Shown: positions 1 through 12,770, counted from the first letter of the whole stretch. The stretch: 63,953 bases of DNA, filler included, from Octopus bimaculoides (GCF_001194135.2; 10 parts of 10 records of this genome joined end to end with filler, not necessarily neighbours in it); one strand, 5' to 3'. The notes: a model not told the origin generated them from the letters alone. Numbers and translations: made by a program.

Positions 1-29
1 TATATATATATATGTCTATATGTGTGTGT

Positions 30-237
30 GTGTCTGTGTTTGTTCCACCCTCCATCGCTCGACAATCGATGTTGGTCTGCATACGTCCCCATAACTTAGC
101 GGTTCGGCAAAAGAAATCGATTAAATAAGTACTAGGCTTCCAAGGAATAAGTCCTGGGATGGATTTCTTCGACTAAAGGCGGTGCTCCAGCATAGCCGCA
201 GTCAAATGACTGAAACAAGTAAAAGAATAAAAGAATG
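30..237 (+). mobile_element. SINE family B, 3' half
   Basis: Shares acttagcggttcggcaaaag...ggcggtgctccagc...gactgaaacaagtaaaag with copies at 13990-14356, 20550-20884 and 42925-43272. Confidence 0.8.
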
Positions 238-287
238 ACTGTTAGCAAATTAGCAAATTAAATATTAGCAAATTAGCAAATTAAATA

Positions 288-489
288 TTGGCTTCAAATT
301 TTTTGGCACAAGGCCAGCAATTTCTGAGGACCCACTTTGCGTGACTGGTACTTATTTATTTCATTGATTCCGAATGGGATGAAAAGTAAAATCGACCTCA
401 GCAGAATTTGTATTCAGAATGTAAAGGCGGACGAAATGCCACTAAGCATTTTGTCCGACGTGGTAAAAGTTTCTGATAGCTCACCGCCT
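288..489 (-). mobile_element. SINE family C (tRNA-derived)
   Basis: Homologous to about 20 other copies in the window, which carry a B-box-like gagttcaaattcc and an (ATT)n tail. Confidence 0.75.
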
Positions 490-681
490 GGACAATTTCA
501 TAAAAAAATTTATCTTTTGAAGGAAAAAAAACTGATGCTTTTATGTGCAGAGGGTGATTCTTACGAGACATGTCTTGGTCTTATGTCTCATCAGCATAAC
601 ATAACCTATCCACTCTTGTAACTATGTTTCTCCTTTTAAAATCTTTTATCAACGCTTCAAAGCAGCCTTCAACCGGTTTAT

Positions 682-726
682 CTGGCACTGACGAAGTCAA
701 TTGAGAGACCGAAACGCGTCCGTTAG
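682..726 (+). ncRNA. Minimal type I hammerhead ribozyme-like motif (Penelope-type)
   Basis: CTGACGA (688-694), helix II GTC/GAC (696-698/707-709), GAAA (711-714), CGCG palindromic loop, TC cleavage site (719-720), helix I ctggc/gttag with two G-U pairs. A.C mismatches at the base of helices I and II. Confidence 0.6.
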
Positions 727-839
727 CTCTTATCTTTCCTGCTAACAAAGATTTATCCCGAAAACAATATTTCTTCATGAGAAAAGTAAAACAAAAACAA
801 AAACAAAAGCTAAAAACAAAATAAAAAAATCACGAAAAC

Positions 840-960
840 AGCGTTAATTATTAGCGATTCTCGAAGAAAATTGGTACTTTTCTCAGGAAATTAATTGATT
901 CTTAATTTCCTGATAGATAGCATCGCTTCTTTTCTTTGCAAGTCGCTAATAATTAACGCT
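840..960. repeat. Nested inverted repeat (MITE-like hairpin)
   Basis: agcgttaattattagcga (840-857) pairs with tcgctaataattaacgct (943-960); inner tcaggaaattaa (883-894) pairs with ttaatttcctga (902-913). Confidence 0.7.
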
Positions 961-1380
961 CTTTTATTTTTGTTTTCCTTCTCCCTCTAAGAAGTAAATT
1001 TCAGTCCATTTAGAAATTTTGTCTACACCATTAAATGCCATTCCACATACCTGTTATCTTCAGACATACGACTGTATTTTTCGAGTAATTTTTAGTTAAA
1101 AATAGGCGTGAATTTCTATGTCTATGAGTGTTTTCTCTCCTTTTCAAAACAGTGGGCCTTCTCGCTTCTCTGTATGCGTTCATATTTGTATGTCTATCTC
1201 TCTGAAACAAATGCGATGGGGGGCAGAAAAGTTCCTGGCTTTGGCTAAAAGAAAATACAGGAGGATCAGTTAATTATGAATTTATTCTACATATTTCCCT
1301 CTCACAATCACACAGTTATTGCAGTGGTCCTTCAGTTTTTCCCAGCCCTGTAAAAGAACTTGTTACCTCGTATATATATT

Positions 1381-1681
1381 GTTGGCACTCCGTCGCTTAC
1401 GACGGCGAGGGTTCCAGTTGATCCGATCAACGGAACAGCCTGCTCGTGAAATTAACGTGCAAGTGGCTGAGCACTCCACAGACACATGTACCCTTAACGT
1501 AGTTCTCGGGGATATTCAGCGTGACACAGTGTGACAAGGCTGACCCCTAGAACTACAGGCACAACAGAAACAGGAAGAAAGAGTGAGAGAAAGTTGTGGT
1601 GGAAGAGTACAGCAGGGTTCGCCACCATCCCCTGATGGAGCCTCGTGGAGCTTTAGGTGTTTACGCTCAATAAACACTCAC
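1381..1681 (-). mobile_element. SINE family A (5' head lost in gap)
   Basis: Reverse complement of the element at 20968-21348 and 56143-56390. Confidence 0.8.
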
Positions 1682-2469
1682 NNNNNNNNNNNNNNNNNNN
1701 NNNNNNNNNNNNNNNNNNNNNNNNNNNNNNNNNNNNNNNNNNNNNNNNNNNNNNNNNNNNNNNNNNNNNNNNNNNNNNNNNNNNNNNNNNNNNNNNNNNN
1801 NNNNNNNNNNNNNNNNNNNNNNNNNNNNNNNATACACACAGAGGAGGGGCTTTGGGTAAAAGAGAATACAAGAAGATCAGTTAATCATGATTTTATTCAA
1901 CATATTTCCTTCACAGATTCACAAACTTATTGCAGCGATCCTTCAGTTATTCTAAGCCCTATAAAAGAACTTGAAAGGTTGGGTCTCCAATTAGGCCTTT
2001 CGCGACACCTTAAAAGCCAAGATCGTTTCCATACCCCCTTGCATCCAGTAATCGTAAGAATTAGCATTAAAAAAAACAAAAACAAAAACGAACGAACAAA
2101 CCAAATAACGAAATATATAGAAGAAAAGAAAGAAAAAGAGAGAAACAAAGGCAGTAAAAGGAGTGTAGAGACAAAGAGGAGAGGCATACAGAGATGTTAA
2201 AATCATAATGACACGAGCGAAAATAGTCAAGGGAAGGGAACAGATATGATGCATCCATTTTAGGATAACTTTTACAAGTAAGAGTTTTCGATTTGCTGGA
2301 GTTTCTTTTTCAACTCGGCTTTTGCGATGCTGGATGTTGGTTTGTTTCGAGAAAGGAGCAGATAGGAGGAAGATGATGAGAGAAAGATAGGCACTGATGA
2401 TGTATATATATATATATATAACATCAAATGTGATCAGTCTCCATCTATGTATATGTATACATAGATAAA

Positions 2470-2750
2470 TTTATATGTATATGTGCGGTTAGTAAGAAAT
2501 TTGAAGAGACTGTAAATAAGGAAAGCGATGGAACACAACCTAGGTACCGTAGTAACCAGTAGAATAAAGCAGAAAGAATTTATGATAGAACGAACAAAAA
2601 GAACTCGTGGTACAATGCCGACACGTTCCAAGCGGTGATGTTTGTAGAAGCCACACCACAAGGGGAAGTAGCCTGCAGACTCAGGAAAATCCTGAAGGAA
2701 TATAAAAATAATGGGAAAACCAGGGAGACCCATCAAGTCAATAATATGCA
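2470..2750 (+). mobile_element. Possible Penelope-like element remnant
   Basis: Translates to KKNSWYNADTFQAVMFVEATPQGEVACRLRKIL, resembling the FVxxTPxGELAxxLR segment of PLE-type ORFs (by eye). Confidence 0.35.
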
Positions 2751-2751
2751 A

Positions 2752-2792
<41 letters not shown>

Positions 2793-4976
2793 GCACACAC
2801 ATAGATATACGTAATTATATTTATGAGAGAAANNNNNNNNNNNNNNNNNNNNNNNNNNNNNNNNNNNNNNNNNNNNNNNNNNNNNNNNNNNNNNNNNNNN
2901 NNNNNNNNNNNNNNNNNNNNNNNNNNNNNNNNNNNNNNNNNNNNNNNNNNNNNNNNNNNNNNNNNNNNNNNNNNNNNNNNNNNNNNNNNNNNNNNNNNNN
3001 NNNNNNNNNNNNNNNNNNNNNNNNNNNNNNNNNNNNNNNNNNNNNNNNNNNNNNNNNNNNNNNNNNNNNNNNNNNNNNNNNNNNNNNNNNNNNNNNNNNN
3101 NNNNNNNNNNNNNNNNNNNNNNNNNNNNNNNNNNNNNNNNNNNNNNNNNNNNNNNNNNNNNNNNNNNNNNNNNNNNNNNNNNNNNNNNNNNNNNNNNNNN
3201 NNNNNNNNNNNNNNNNNNNNNNNNNNNNNNNNNNNNATATATATATATATATATATATATTTAAAATATATGGAAAGATTTTAACCTAGATTTATATATT
3301 TATGTATATAGATATATATATGCACACATACATACATACATATATGTATATATATACATATGTATATATGTATATACATACGTGTGTGTATGTGTGCGTG
3401 TGTGTGCGTGTGTATGTAAAATAGAACGTGGAAAAATTTTAGCCTACTATTTTTTCATGCGCAGAATGTTGTTTACAGCCATTATCCATCTTAAGAAAAT
3501 CGTTTAAGCTATTTCAAAGCAAGACTTGGAGAGAAAAACAAAAATGGATGGTGATTATAATAATTATCGAATTAGAAGAAGAGCAGATTGAAAAAGAAGT
3601 GTAAAAACTGTAGATGTAAAAAGAAGGGGAAATGAAAGAAGTATTTTGTTATAACAACGTTTACTTCTGTGTTTTTGACGATCACCTTGTAATGTAATGT
3701 TGTGGCAATCATGCTTATTGCCCTAAGGTATAAGCATTTGAAGGGAAATGGATTAGCTTCCGTCTGTACCAATTTTGATATTTTTACCTTCGGCAATGAA
3801 AGCTTAACTCTTACACTATCAGAAATCACTTTGTCTTAAACAATAACTGTTGTTCAAAGAGGAAATTGGCTGCTATTTCTACCTGTTAGAAATAACAGCC
3901 AATTTGTATGCAAATTACAACCTGCCGTCTTTCAAAATGGAGGAAATATTGGGCAATGTACTGCTAAAAACGTTATGTTTGTACAAAGGACACGTTTGGC
4001 GTGGTTGTATTTCTTCAAATAATATTGCTTTCTTTTAACGTATCTTAAACTTGAGTATCTTAAACTTTGAATAGAGGTTCCGGATGAATGAAAGATTTTA
4101 TACCTTGTTTTATACGTTGCGGTTTTATACCTTGTTAAAGCCAATACCCGTTTCCTCAAGATGCTCAGACATTTTAAAAATGGGTATGCAAATTACAACG
4201 CTTTATCACTTCTCATCAAAAACAGATCTTTGCGTTTCATCAACACACACCATTAACCACAACAGATTACAGATACTGGTTTCCTTCATTGGAACAAACT
4301 CGTGAAGAAAGCCATTAAAGGTAATAAGTATGGCAGCTAAAATCAGGTCAAGATGTCGGTGGTTGACAAGAGACTACGAGCGCAATGTAAATGTTTTAGG
4401 GGTGAAACTCTTGTGATCTTGAGATGCCTGTTGGCAATTCGAAAGGGTTTCTGATGGGTTTCAGATGGATTCAGAAGAGCTTATAAAACTTCTGAGTCTC
4501 TCCTGCAATTTCTGCTTGGATCAAAATATCTCCGGCGTTAATTTCATCTTACCTTACGAAAAGAATGGTATGAGCTTTACTGAAAGAAATTAATATTTAG
4601 TGAAAACTAATTTTCTAAGAGAAATTGTAAGTGCAAAGGCAATCAATAAACAAGAAAAGAACTAAAAAAGAACTAAAGGAAAATAACTTAACAAACAAGC
4701 AACACTAAGTTTACAAATATCTAAGATTGTAAATAGAGTTTCATATCTGTTCTGTCCAAATTTGAGCAAAGAGGAGAAGAATAATATGAACATCTCTGAC
4801 TTAATTCTTAAAGCAATTAATTATAATACCATGTTTCCGATGCAAATTTCCTTCATCTCACTCCCTCTCTGTGTCTCTTTTACTGGCTCTCTCTCATTTG
4901 ATTTCTCGCTCTCTTTCTCTCTCTTCATATATNNNNNNNNNNNNNNNNNNNNNNNNNNNNNNNNNNNNNNNNNNNN

Positions 4977-4988
4977 TTAATTAATTAA
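4977..4988. other. Assembly gap spacer TTAATTAATTAA (also at 21823, 23094, 27609, 32575, 43572, 49453, 52148, 62358)
   Basis: Always centred within N runs; contains TAA stops in all six frames. Confidence 0.95.
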
Positions 4989-5984
4989 NNNNNNNNNNNN
5001 NNNNNNNNNNNNNNNNNNNNNNNNNNNNNNNNGGGTGCGGGTAAAAGAGGTTTTTTTTTTACCCTACATTTATATAGCAATAAGAAAATGGAGGGGAATA
5101 TGAGGTACTCAACAACTTGCAGACACTGTATTCTGTTGATTAATCTGTTTATTTTATAACCAAAATGACAAAAAAGACAATATACAGACATTTATGACAT
5201 ACCATGTCATATCAACAATTAAGATTTCAAATTTAATGGACATCTAGCAATTGGAGAAGGGACAAAATCTTACAGCTGTTTCGGCCTAGTGTTGGCATGC
5301 CCCATTCTATCTATATAACTCCAGTACGCTGGTGTAATTAGTAGATGAAAATGATGTAATGGGGGTACATGTATGATTCACTAGGCCTCTTCAGAGATTT
5401 ACAAAATTCAATTCATGAAAATATAAAATATAAAATAACAATAAAAAATGAAAAATAAAAATATAAAAATATAAAAATATAAAAACATACAAAAAGTATA
5501 TAAAGAAGTATATAAAAAACCATATAGAGTCATAAAAACTCATATACATGCATATGCATGTATACATTACCATATACAGATATACATGGATACAAAGAAA
5601 TAAACACATGAGTATATATATGTGTGCTCAGATGCACATACACAGATGGCTGTACATGCATACCAAAATAGTCAACAGTCACTGTTACGATATGTGAGGG
5701 GGACAGACACACACACACACACATATATATATATTCCCCTACACATACATACATACATACATACATACATACATACATACATGTATATATAAATACTCCC
5801 ATACATACATGATCCCTGATATGAACTTTTTCGTTGCGTTTGGAAAGCTGTTTATATTCTAAATCTGTGGGGTACGTGTGTGTCAGTTCTGTATGTGGTG
5901 GAGGGGTCTATGTAGAAATTATTTCTTGAGGAGTTGTTGATATAATAATAAAAATAATAATAATAACAATAATAATAATGGTAT

Positions 5985-6632
5985 GGACATGTGGTGAAAA
6001 TGGATGAGGATAGCTGCGTGAAAAAGTGCCACACCCTAACAGTTGAGGGAACCCGTGGAAGAGGTAGGCCCAGGAAAACCTGGGCTGAGGTGGTGAGGCA
6101 AGACCTTCGTACATTGGGCCTCACCGAGGCGATGACTACTGACCGAGACCTTTGGAAATGTGCTGTGCGTGAGAAGACCCGGCAAGCCAAGTAAGATCGT
6201 TGCCAGTGCCCCTGGACTGGCTCTTGTGCGGGTAGCACATGAGATGCACCATTTTGAGCGTGGCCGTTGCCAGTACCGCCTGACTGGCTCCCATCGGATT
6301 TTCGAGTGAGATCGNNNNNNNNNNNNNNNNNNNNNNNNNNNNNNNNNNNNNNNNNNNNNNNNNNNNNNNNNNNNNNNNNNNNNNNNNNNNNNNNNNNNNN
6401 NNGCACATAAAAGACACCATTTCGAGCGTGGCCGTTTTCATGCGGGTGACACGTAAAATCACCCACTACACTCTCTGAGTGGTTGGCATTAGGAAGGGCA
6501 TCCAGCTGTAGAAACTCTGCCAAATTAGATTGGAGCCTGGTGTTGCCATCCGGTTTCACCAGTCCTCAGTCGAATCGTCCAACCCATGCTAGCATGGAAA
6601 GCGGACGTTAAACGATGATGATGATGATGATG
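5985..6632 (+). mobile_element. RTE-clade LINE 3' end with (GAT)n tail
   Basis: MDEDSCVKKCHTLTVEGTRGRGRPRKTW..VVRQDL is the typical RTE C-terminal GRP motif; followed by a repeated 3'UTR and gatgatgat tail. Confidence 0.85.
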
Positions 6633-8017
6633 TCAATTTTTAAAAATTTTGATGAGGTTATTTTTTTGGTCCTTCTAGTAGTGGGTATTTAGAATCATGC
6701 TGGTATTTGGGGAGGGGTGATTTTTACTAAGTCCTCTCATCTAATTGGGCATCTATTGTTTTAAACTATCTAGGCTTAGCTACGGTTGGATAGCCACTAA
6801 CCGGTCAAAAGGGTTAGGTGTGAATATATATATACATACATCCACACACACGAGTGCATTATATATTTATACATGTGCACACATATGTATACACACACAC
6901 ATACATACCTACATGCCTGTATATACTTATATAGATGGAGTGTATATACAAAAACAAAGATTAAATGAGTTGTTGAATAGATTATTAAGAAGTTTATATG
7001 CGGATACAAATAAATGAATAAATAAATAAATATTCGTATGTATGTATACACCCACATACGACTACACTATAATAAGGGGTAAAGTTACAAAACAAAGCCA
7101 TAATATATTAATACTATAAGACTGCTCGTATTCCACTTCACGGTATGTTGGCATTAAATGCTAAGATTATATCTATAATACAGTCTCAGATTACTTATTA
7201 AGACTCCTACATATATATAACGTATACCTGTATGTTATCAAATTGTAGTTATTTTTGGTGAAAGTATGATCAAAAGCTATTGTGCCCCACTCACTGTCTT
7301 AGATTATGCATAAGAATTTCCTATGTCTGACAGCAGGATTCTCTATATAGTAGAGTTACTCAACTAATGAACCACTAAAGCAGTTATTCATAAACTTCTT
7401 GATTTGCGTGTAAGTATTTCTACTGTTAGATATATACATGGGACGCTATTCACTATAGAGACAAGAGTGAATGGGGGTGACCCTAAGATTTGAGTATCCT
7501 ACATAACTAACTATTCTAGCTACTAATTAATCAATACATCAGTTCATTTACCAATCAGCCAATTCTTCACCTACCTAAATGAGTAAATAAGTAAATAATT
7601 AATTGACTAATCAAACAATCGATGAATAAATCTAGTGTTAAGTACCAGAGACCTTAGCACATAGTAGACAGTTACCCACACATCTTCATACATACACACT
7701 CAAAATGTGCATACACACACACACACATATATAAGTGCACGTGCACTTACCCACGTACACACTCACACAACCACACACCTGCATACATATACATATAAGT
7801 CAACCTACACATCCACATACCCAGATATAAGTGCATACCCACCTACAACTACATATATCTATACGTATAGATGCAACTAAGTTTATACATCTACAAGCAC
7901 ACGATATTCCCATAAATGATTGTAAGTATATACAGGTGCGCATACACCCACACACAGACATACATACATATATATAGACCCATAAACACACCCATACACA
8001 CACACACACATATATAT

Positions 8018-8063
<46 letters not shown>

Positions 8064-8099
8064 ACATAAATAATATATAAATATATGCATATATCCATA

Positions 8100-8860
8100 C
8101 ATATATGTACATACCTATATCTATATGTATACATACATGCATATATGGGTACAGGACATCACAAAAAACGTTAAACACAATGAGAAACGAAAACAAAGAC
8201 GAAGACAGAAAACGAACTTTTTTTCAAACAACGAAAAAAACAAACAGAGAAACAAGACATGTAACATAAAGAATATTTCCCTTCTTCAGTTGTCTCTGTT
8301 CCATCTACTCCGCACTTCGAAGGCAAGGACAATATGCGACTTCGTTGGAACAGTCCTTCCCACAAAGCAAATTAAATAAAATTTGGAATTTTTTGCGGAG
8401 GGTGAGAGTGTAAACAAGAACAGAACAGTGAGAACAAGACAGTAAAAGACAGTAAAAACAACACAGAACAGTGATAACAAATGGTGAGGGCTGTTAGGCC
8501 AAGACGATAGAAAAATTATTATTTTGAACACTAGTTAGATGTGAAGGAGAGACAAAAAAATCACGTCTTCTCTATAGGAAGGCAGGAAATAGAAAGAAAG
8601 AAAGAATCCCTTTCATCACGTGTCAGCGACGAGATGGTCTAGGAGGAGGAGTGAGAGAGAGGGAATGGTGAAAGGAAGAGAAGAATAGGGAGGGGTTGGG
8701 AGAGAAAAACAGAAAGGATGAAGAACAAGAGAGGGAGAGAGATAGACAGGGAAGTGATAGTAATAGTAGTAGAGTGCGCAGTAGTAATTATTAAGATAAA
8801 ACTTACTTGGAAATGGATGCGTGGCATTCGATCATATAATAACATAAATAATATATAATA
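8100..8860 (+). mobile_element. Dispersed repeat family E (possibly PLE-derived, non-autonomous)
   Basis: Homologous to 10470-11045, 11050-11560 (inverted) and 11630-12240; shared core gggtacaggacatcac...cccttcatcagttgtc...aaaatttggg. Confidence 0.7.
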
Positions 8861-9009
8861 TATATATACATATTTAGTCATCGAAGAATTCATAAATCAT
8901 TTATTAAGGTTATTGGAGAAAGTAGTACTTGTATGTAGATGATGCTCAAGATCCATAAAATTCTACAAATACTCAGGAAATTGATTCTCTCAAATGTCCT
9001 GGTGCTTCA

Positions 9010-9912
9010 TTAGATATAGTAGATAATTTCTGCTACCATGGGAACCAAATTAGTAGTAGGGGGATGTATGGAAGGTGTAATAGCTAGAATAAGAATAGGA
9101 TGGATAAAATTCAGAGACCTCTGTTGGCTATGAAAGGTTTCTCTCTCCAAGTGAAAGGAAGATTGTATGATGCATGTGTATGGATAGCAATCCTCCATGG
9201 TAGTGAGATGCAGGCCCTGAATTCAGAAGACATGTGAAGTTTAAAGAGGAATGAGGCTAGTATGCTCCAGTGAATGTGTAATGTAAGTGTACATATTCGA
9301 CAGAATGCTAGTGTATTGAGGGAGAAATTAGGCATAAGAGGAATTAGATGTTGTGTGCAAGAGAGAAGACTAGACTGGTTTGATCGTGCAATGTGAATGA
9401 ATGCCAACAATTACATAAAGAAGTACTGATCTCTCAAAGTAGATGGAAGACCCGGAAGAGGGACATCCAGGAAGACATGGGATGAAGTGCTAAAAGATGA
9501 CCTCAGGACACTGAACCTTTCAGCTGAGATGACAAAGAACCAAGGTACCTGGCACATTGCTATACTCAAAAAGACCCATATTCCACAACAGAAGTGTTAA
9601 GGCTGCTCTCCTTGGTGAAGAGGATTAGCCTGCAAAAGTCCTGTGCTGGTGCCACATAAAAAGTACTCATGCCAGTGACACCTAGAGCACTTGTGCAGTG
9701 TCATGTAAAAGCAGCCAGCACACTCTGTAATGTGGTTGGTGTTAAGAAGGGCATCCAGCTGTAGAAACCATGCCAAATCAGACTGGTGACTGGTGACTGG
9801 TGCAGCTCTCCTGCTTGCCAGCTCTCCTGCTTGCCAGCTCTGGTCAAACTATCCAATCCATGCCAGCATTGAAAACAGACATTAAATTATGATGATGATG
9901 ATGATGATGATT
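9010..9912 (+). mobile_element. Decayed RTE LINE (RT C-terminal part plus 3'UTR)
   Basis: LDIVDNFCY.G...IARIRIGWIKFRDL...KGFSLQVKGRLYDACV...HGSE followed by an RTE tail and (GAT)n. Confidence 0.8.
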
Positions 9913-9931
9913 ATATTTGTCAATACAGTGG

Positions 9932-10428
9932 GTATATTAATCAAAGTGTACAGTATTATAGATCTATTGTAGCTGATCTTACCAATTGGCTTCACACTAG
10001 GTGTTAAAATCAGATATTAGATAACAGCATGGTTAAAATGTACCATGTGCTTTTCAGAGCTGTTAGGTATGGAAAAATATAGTGACTGCTCTTCATCACT
10101 GGAGGTGAAAAATCACATCCAGTTTGTGAATATGGTGAAAAAGATGAAACAAAACTACGGGAGGAAAACTTAGCAAGGGTGATATCAAGAGTTCACCTCC
10201 CATAGCTTTATCTTGTCTTTTATCACAATACTCGTGAACCAAATTTGTGTTTTCACCTCCAATAACAGAGAGTTGTCTCCATATTTTTTCCATATCTACC
10301 AGCTCTGAAGAGCATACAGTATTATTTAACTACGTTATTATTTAATGTTCAGTTTTAACACCCAGAGTGAAACAAATAGGTAAGATCGGCAGTAATGGGT
10401 TTTTAATACTGTACACTTTGAATAATAC
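9932..10428. mobile_element. Foldback/MITE element (about 240-bp diverged arms)
   Basis: Collinear inverted matches: tcaaagtgtacagtatta/taatactgtacactttga, gatcttacc/ggtaagatc, ggtgttaaaa/ttttaacacc, ggaggtgaaaa/ttttcacctcc. Confidence 0.75.
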
Positions 10429-10529
10429 ACACACACACACTCACACACATGTATAATATTTATTATATATATAAACTTACTTGGAAATGAATGCGTGGTG
10501 TTCAATCAAATAATAATATAAATAATATA

Positions 10530-11547
10530 TATATATACACACATACACATGCATATATGGGTACAGGACATCACCAAGAACAAGCAACATGAAATATGAA
10601 AACAAATGAGTTCAATATGCAAACAACAAGAGAAACAAATGGAAAACAGGACAAGTAACACAAAGAATGACCCTTCATCAGTTGTCAGATGTCTATCTAC
10701 TCATCATTTTGAACAGTAAACGACAATATGAATCTTTGAAGACAGTTACTCCCATAAGTACCAAAATAAAATTTGGGATTTATGGAGGGTCAAAGGTGGG
10801 AACAAAAACAGGACAGTGGAGACATACAAGGAAACCGAACAAAAACAAACATGGAGGGTCGTTAGACTAGAACAAGAGTAAAATAGTGAATGCTGCAGAA
10901 ATATTTTCTTTGATAAGAGAAAAGATAGAAAAGAGAGATAGCACACATTCAGTGCTTAGGACAGTCCTGAAAGAAAAAAAAGATGATCACATGAGGAAAA
11001 GAAAGATGGATGATGGACACGTGTGAGCAATGAGAGAGAGAAACTCTTTCTCTTTTTCTCTCTCTCATTGCTCACACGTGACCATCATCCCTCTTTCTTT
11101 TCCTCACATGATCATCTTTCTTCTCTTTCAGGACTGTCCTAAGGACTGGATGTATCCTATCTCTCTCTTCTGCCTTTTTTCTTGTCAAAGAAAATATTTC
11201 TCAATGTTCCCTATTTTACTCTCATCCTGGTCTAACGACACTCCATGTTTGTTTTCATTCAGTTTCCTTGTATGTCTCCACTGTCCTATTTTTGTTCCCA
11301 ACTTTGACCCTCCATAAATCCCAAATTTTATTTTGGTACTTATGAGAGCAACTGTCTTCGAAGACTCATATTGTTGTTCACTGCTCGAAATGAGGAGTAG
11401 ATAGACAGCCGACAACTGATGAAGGGTTGTTCTTTGTGTTACTTGTCCTGTTTTCCATTTGTTTCTCTTGTTATTTGTGTATTGAACTCATTTGTTTTTG
11501 TATTCTATGTTGTTTGCTCTTGGTGATGTCCTGTACCCATATCTGCA

Positions 11548-11560
<13 letters not shown>
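10530..11560. repeat. About 1-kb inverted repeat made of two tail-to-tail family E copies
   Basis: 10530-11040 and 11055-11560 are collinear reverse complements, e.g. ccaaaataaaatttgggatttatggagggtcaaag versus ctttgaccctccataaatcccaaattttattttgg. Confidence 0.9.
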
Positions 11561-11595
<35 letters not shown>

Positions 11596-11629
11596 TATAC
11601 ATACATATATGTTCATACTTACATACATA

Positions 11630-12240
11630 TGTATATACATATGCATATATGGGCACAGGATGTCACAGAACGTAAACAACATGAAATACGAAATACAAAT
11701 ACATGGAATATGAACTTTTTCAACAACGAATGAAACAAATAGAAAACAAGACAAGCGACATAAAGAACAATCCTTCATCAGTTGTCGGCTGTTTTTCTAT
11801 TCCGTATTTCAAGCAATTCATGACAAGATGTGCCTTCGACTAAACAGTTGCTCCCACAAAGCAAATTTAATAAAATTTGGGATTTTGTGGAGGGTCAAAA
11901 TTGGTAACAAAAACAGGACTGTGAAAACAAACAGGAAGGGCTGCTAAGCCTAAATGAGGTAAGGTGGCAAATGGAGTGGAACAAGCTTGGACAGGAGACA
12001 GACAAGAGTGCATCTGATCCCTGCAGCTGAATCACAAGGAAAGAAAGAGACTCAAGTTAGGAAAAGAAAGAAAGATGGTCGATGGTCACATGCGAGCAAC
12101 AGGAGAGCAAAAGGGGAAGAGTGAAGGAGAGATGGACAGACAGAGAACGGCGAAGGGGAGAGGAAGCACATAAATGTAAAACAAGATGAAAAAATAGCAC
12201 TTGAATACCAGAAGTGGAGTAATATGCTTTATTAATAAAA
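11630..12240 (+). mobile_element. Repeat family E copy
   Basis: Same core as 8100-8860. Confidence 0.65.
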
Positions 12241-12539
12241 CATTTTTAATTTGTTAGTGGCCAGGCTGGCTGCTAACAAAACTGTTTTGCAATATAAGCA
12301 TGTTCTAGCCTATTTATGCTATTCAGCATTATTATTACGTTTGAGAATAAAATATTTCCTCATCTGTATATTTCAATACATTTCAATGCTTCTAAAAAAA
12401 AAAGCAAACTTTGTTTACATATGTCGTAATTTCACACACACACGCTCAGAGTTGCTATTACACAGTGTTGCTAGGAGTTGTATTAATAATGAAGATCACA
12501 GAGTAGTTAGAATCATCATACATATAACAATATACAGCA

Positions 12540-12720
12540 ACTAAATATAACAACTATAAATAACATGTATATAATATGCAAATATATAACAAATATATAC
12601 AACAATTATTTATAACAAGTATATATAACAGTTATGTATAGTAAGTATATATAACAGCTATTTATAACAAGTATATATAACAGCTATATATGATAACTAT
12701 ATATAACAACCATGTATAGC
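12540..12720. repeat. AT-rich minisatellite (tataacaagtatatataacagc-like units)
   Basis: Degenerate tandem units visible directly. Confidence 0.6.
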
Positions 12721-12770
12721 AAAAATAACAATAAAAATAATGATTAAATAATAAGAAAGTAAATACAAAC

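Noticed and set aside
1992-2001. Minus-strand GAAA-GGCC-TA hammerhead half
   Set aside because: No CUGANGA core or helix II partner upstream.
4977-4988. Recurrent TTAATTAATTAA motif (9 copies)
   Set aside because: Always centred in N runs, with stops in all six frames; an assembly spacer, not biology.
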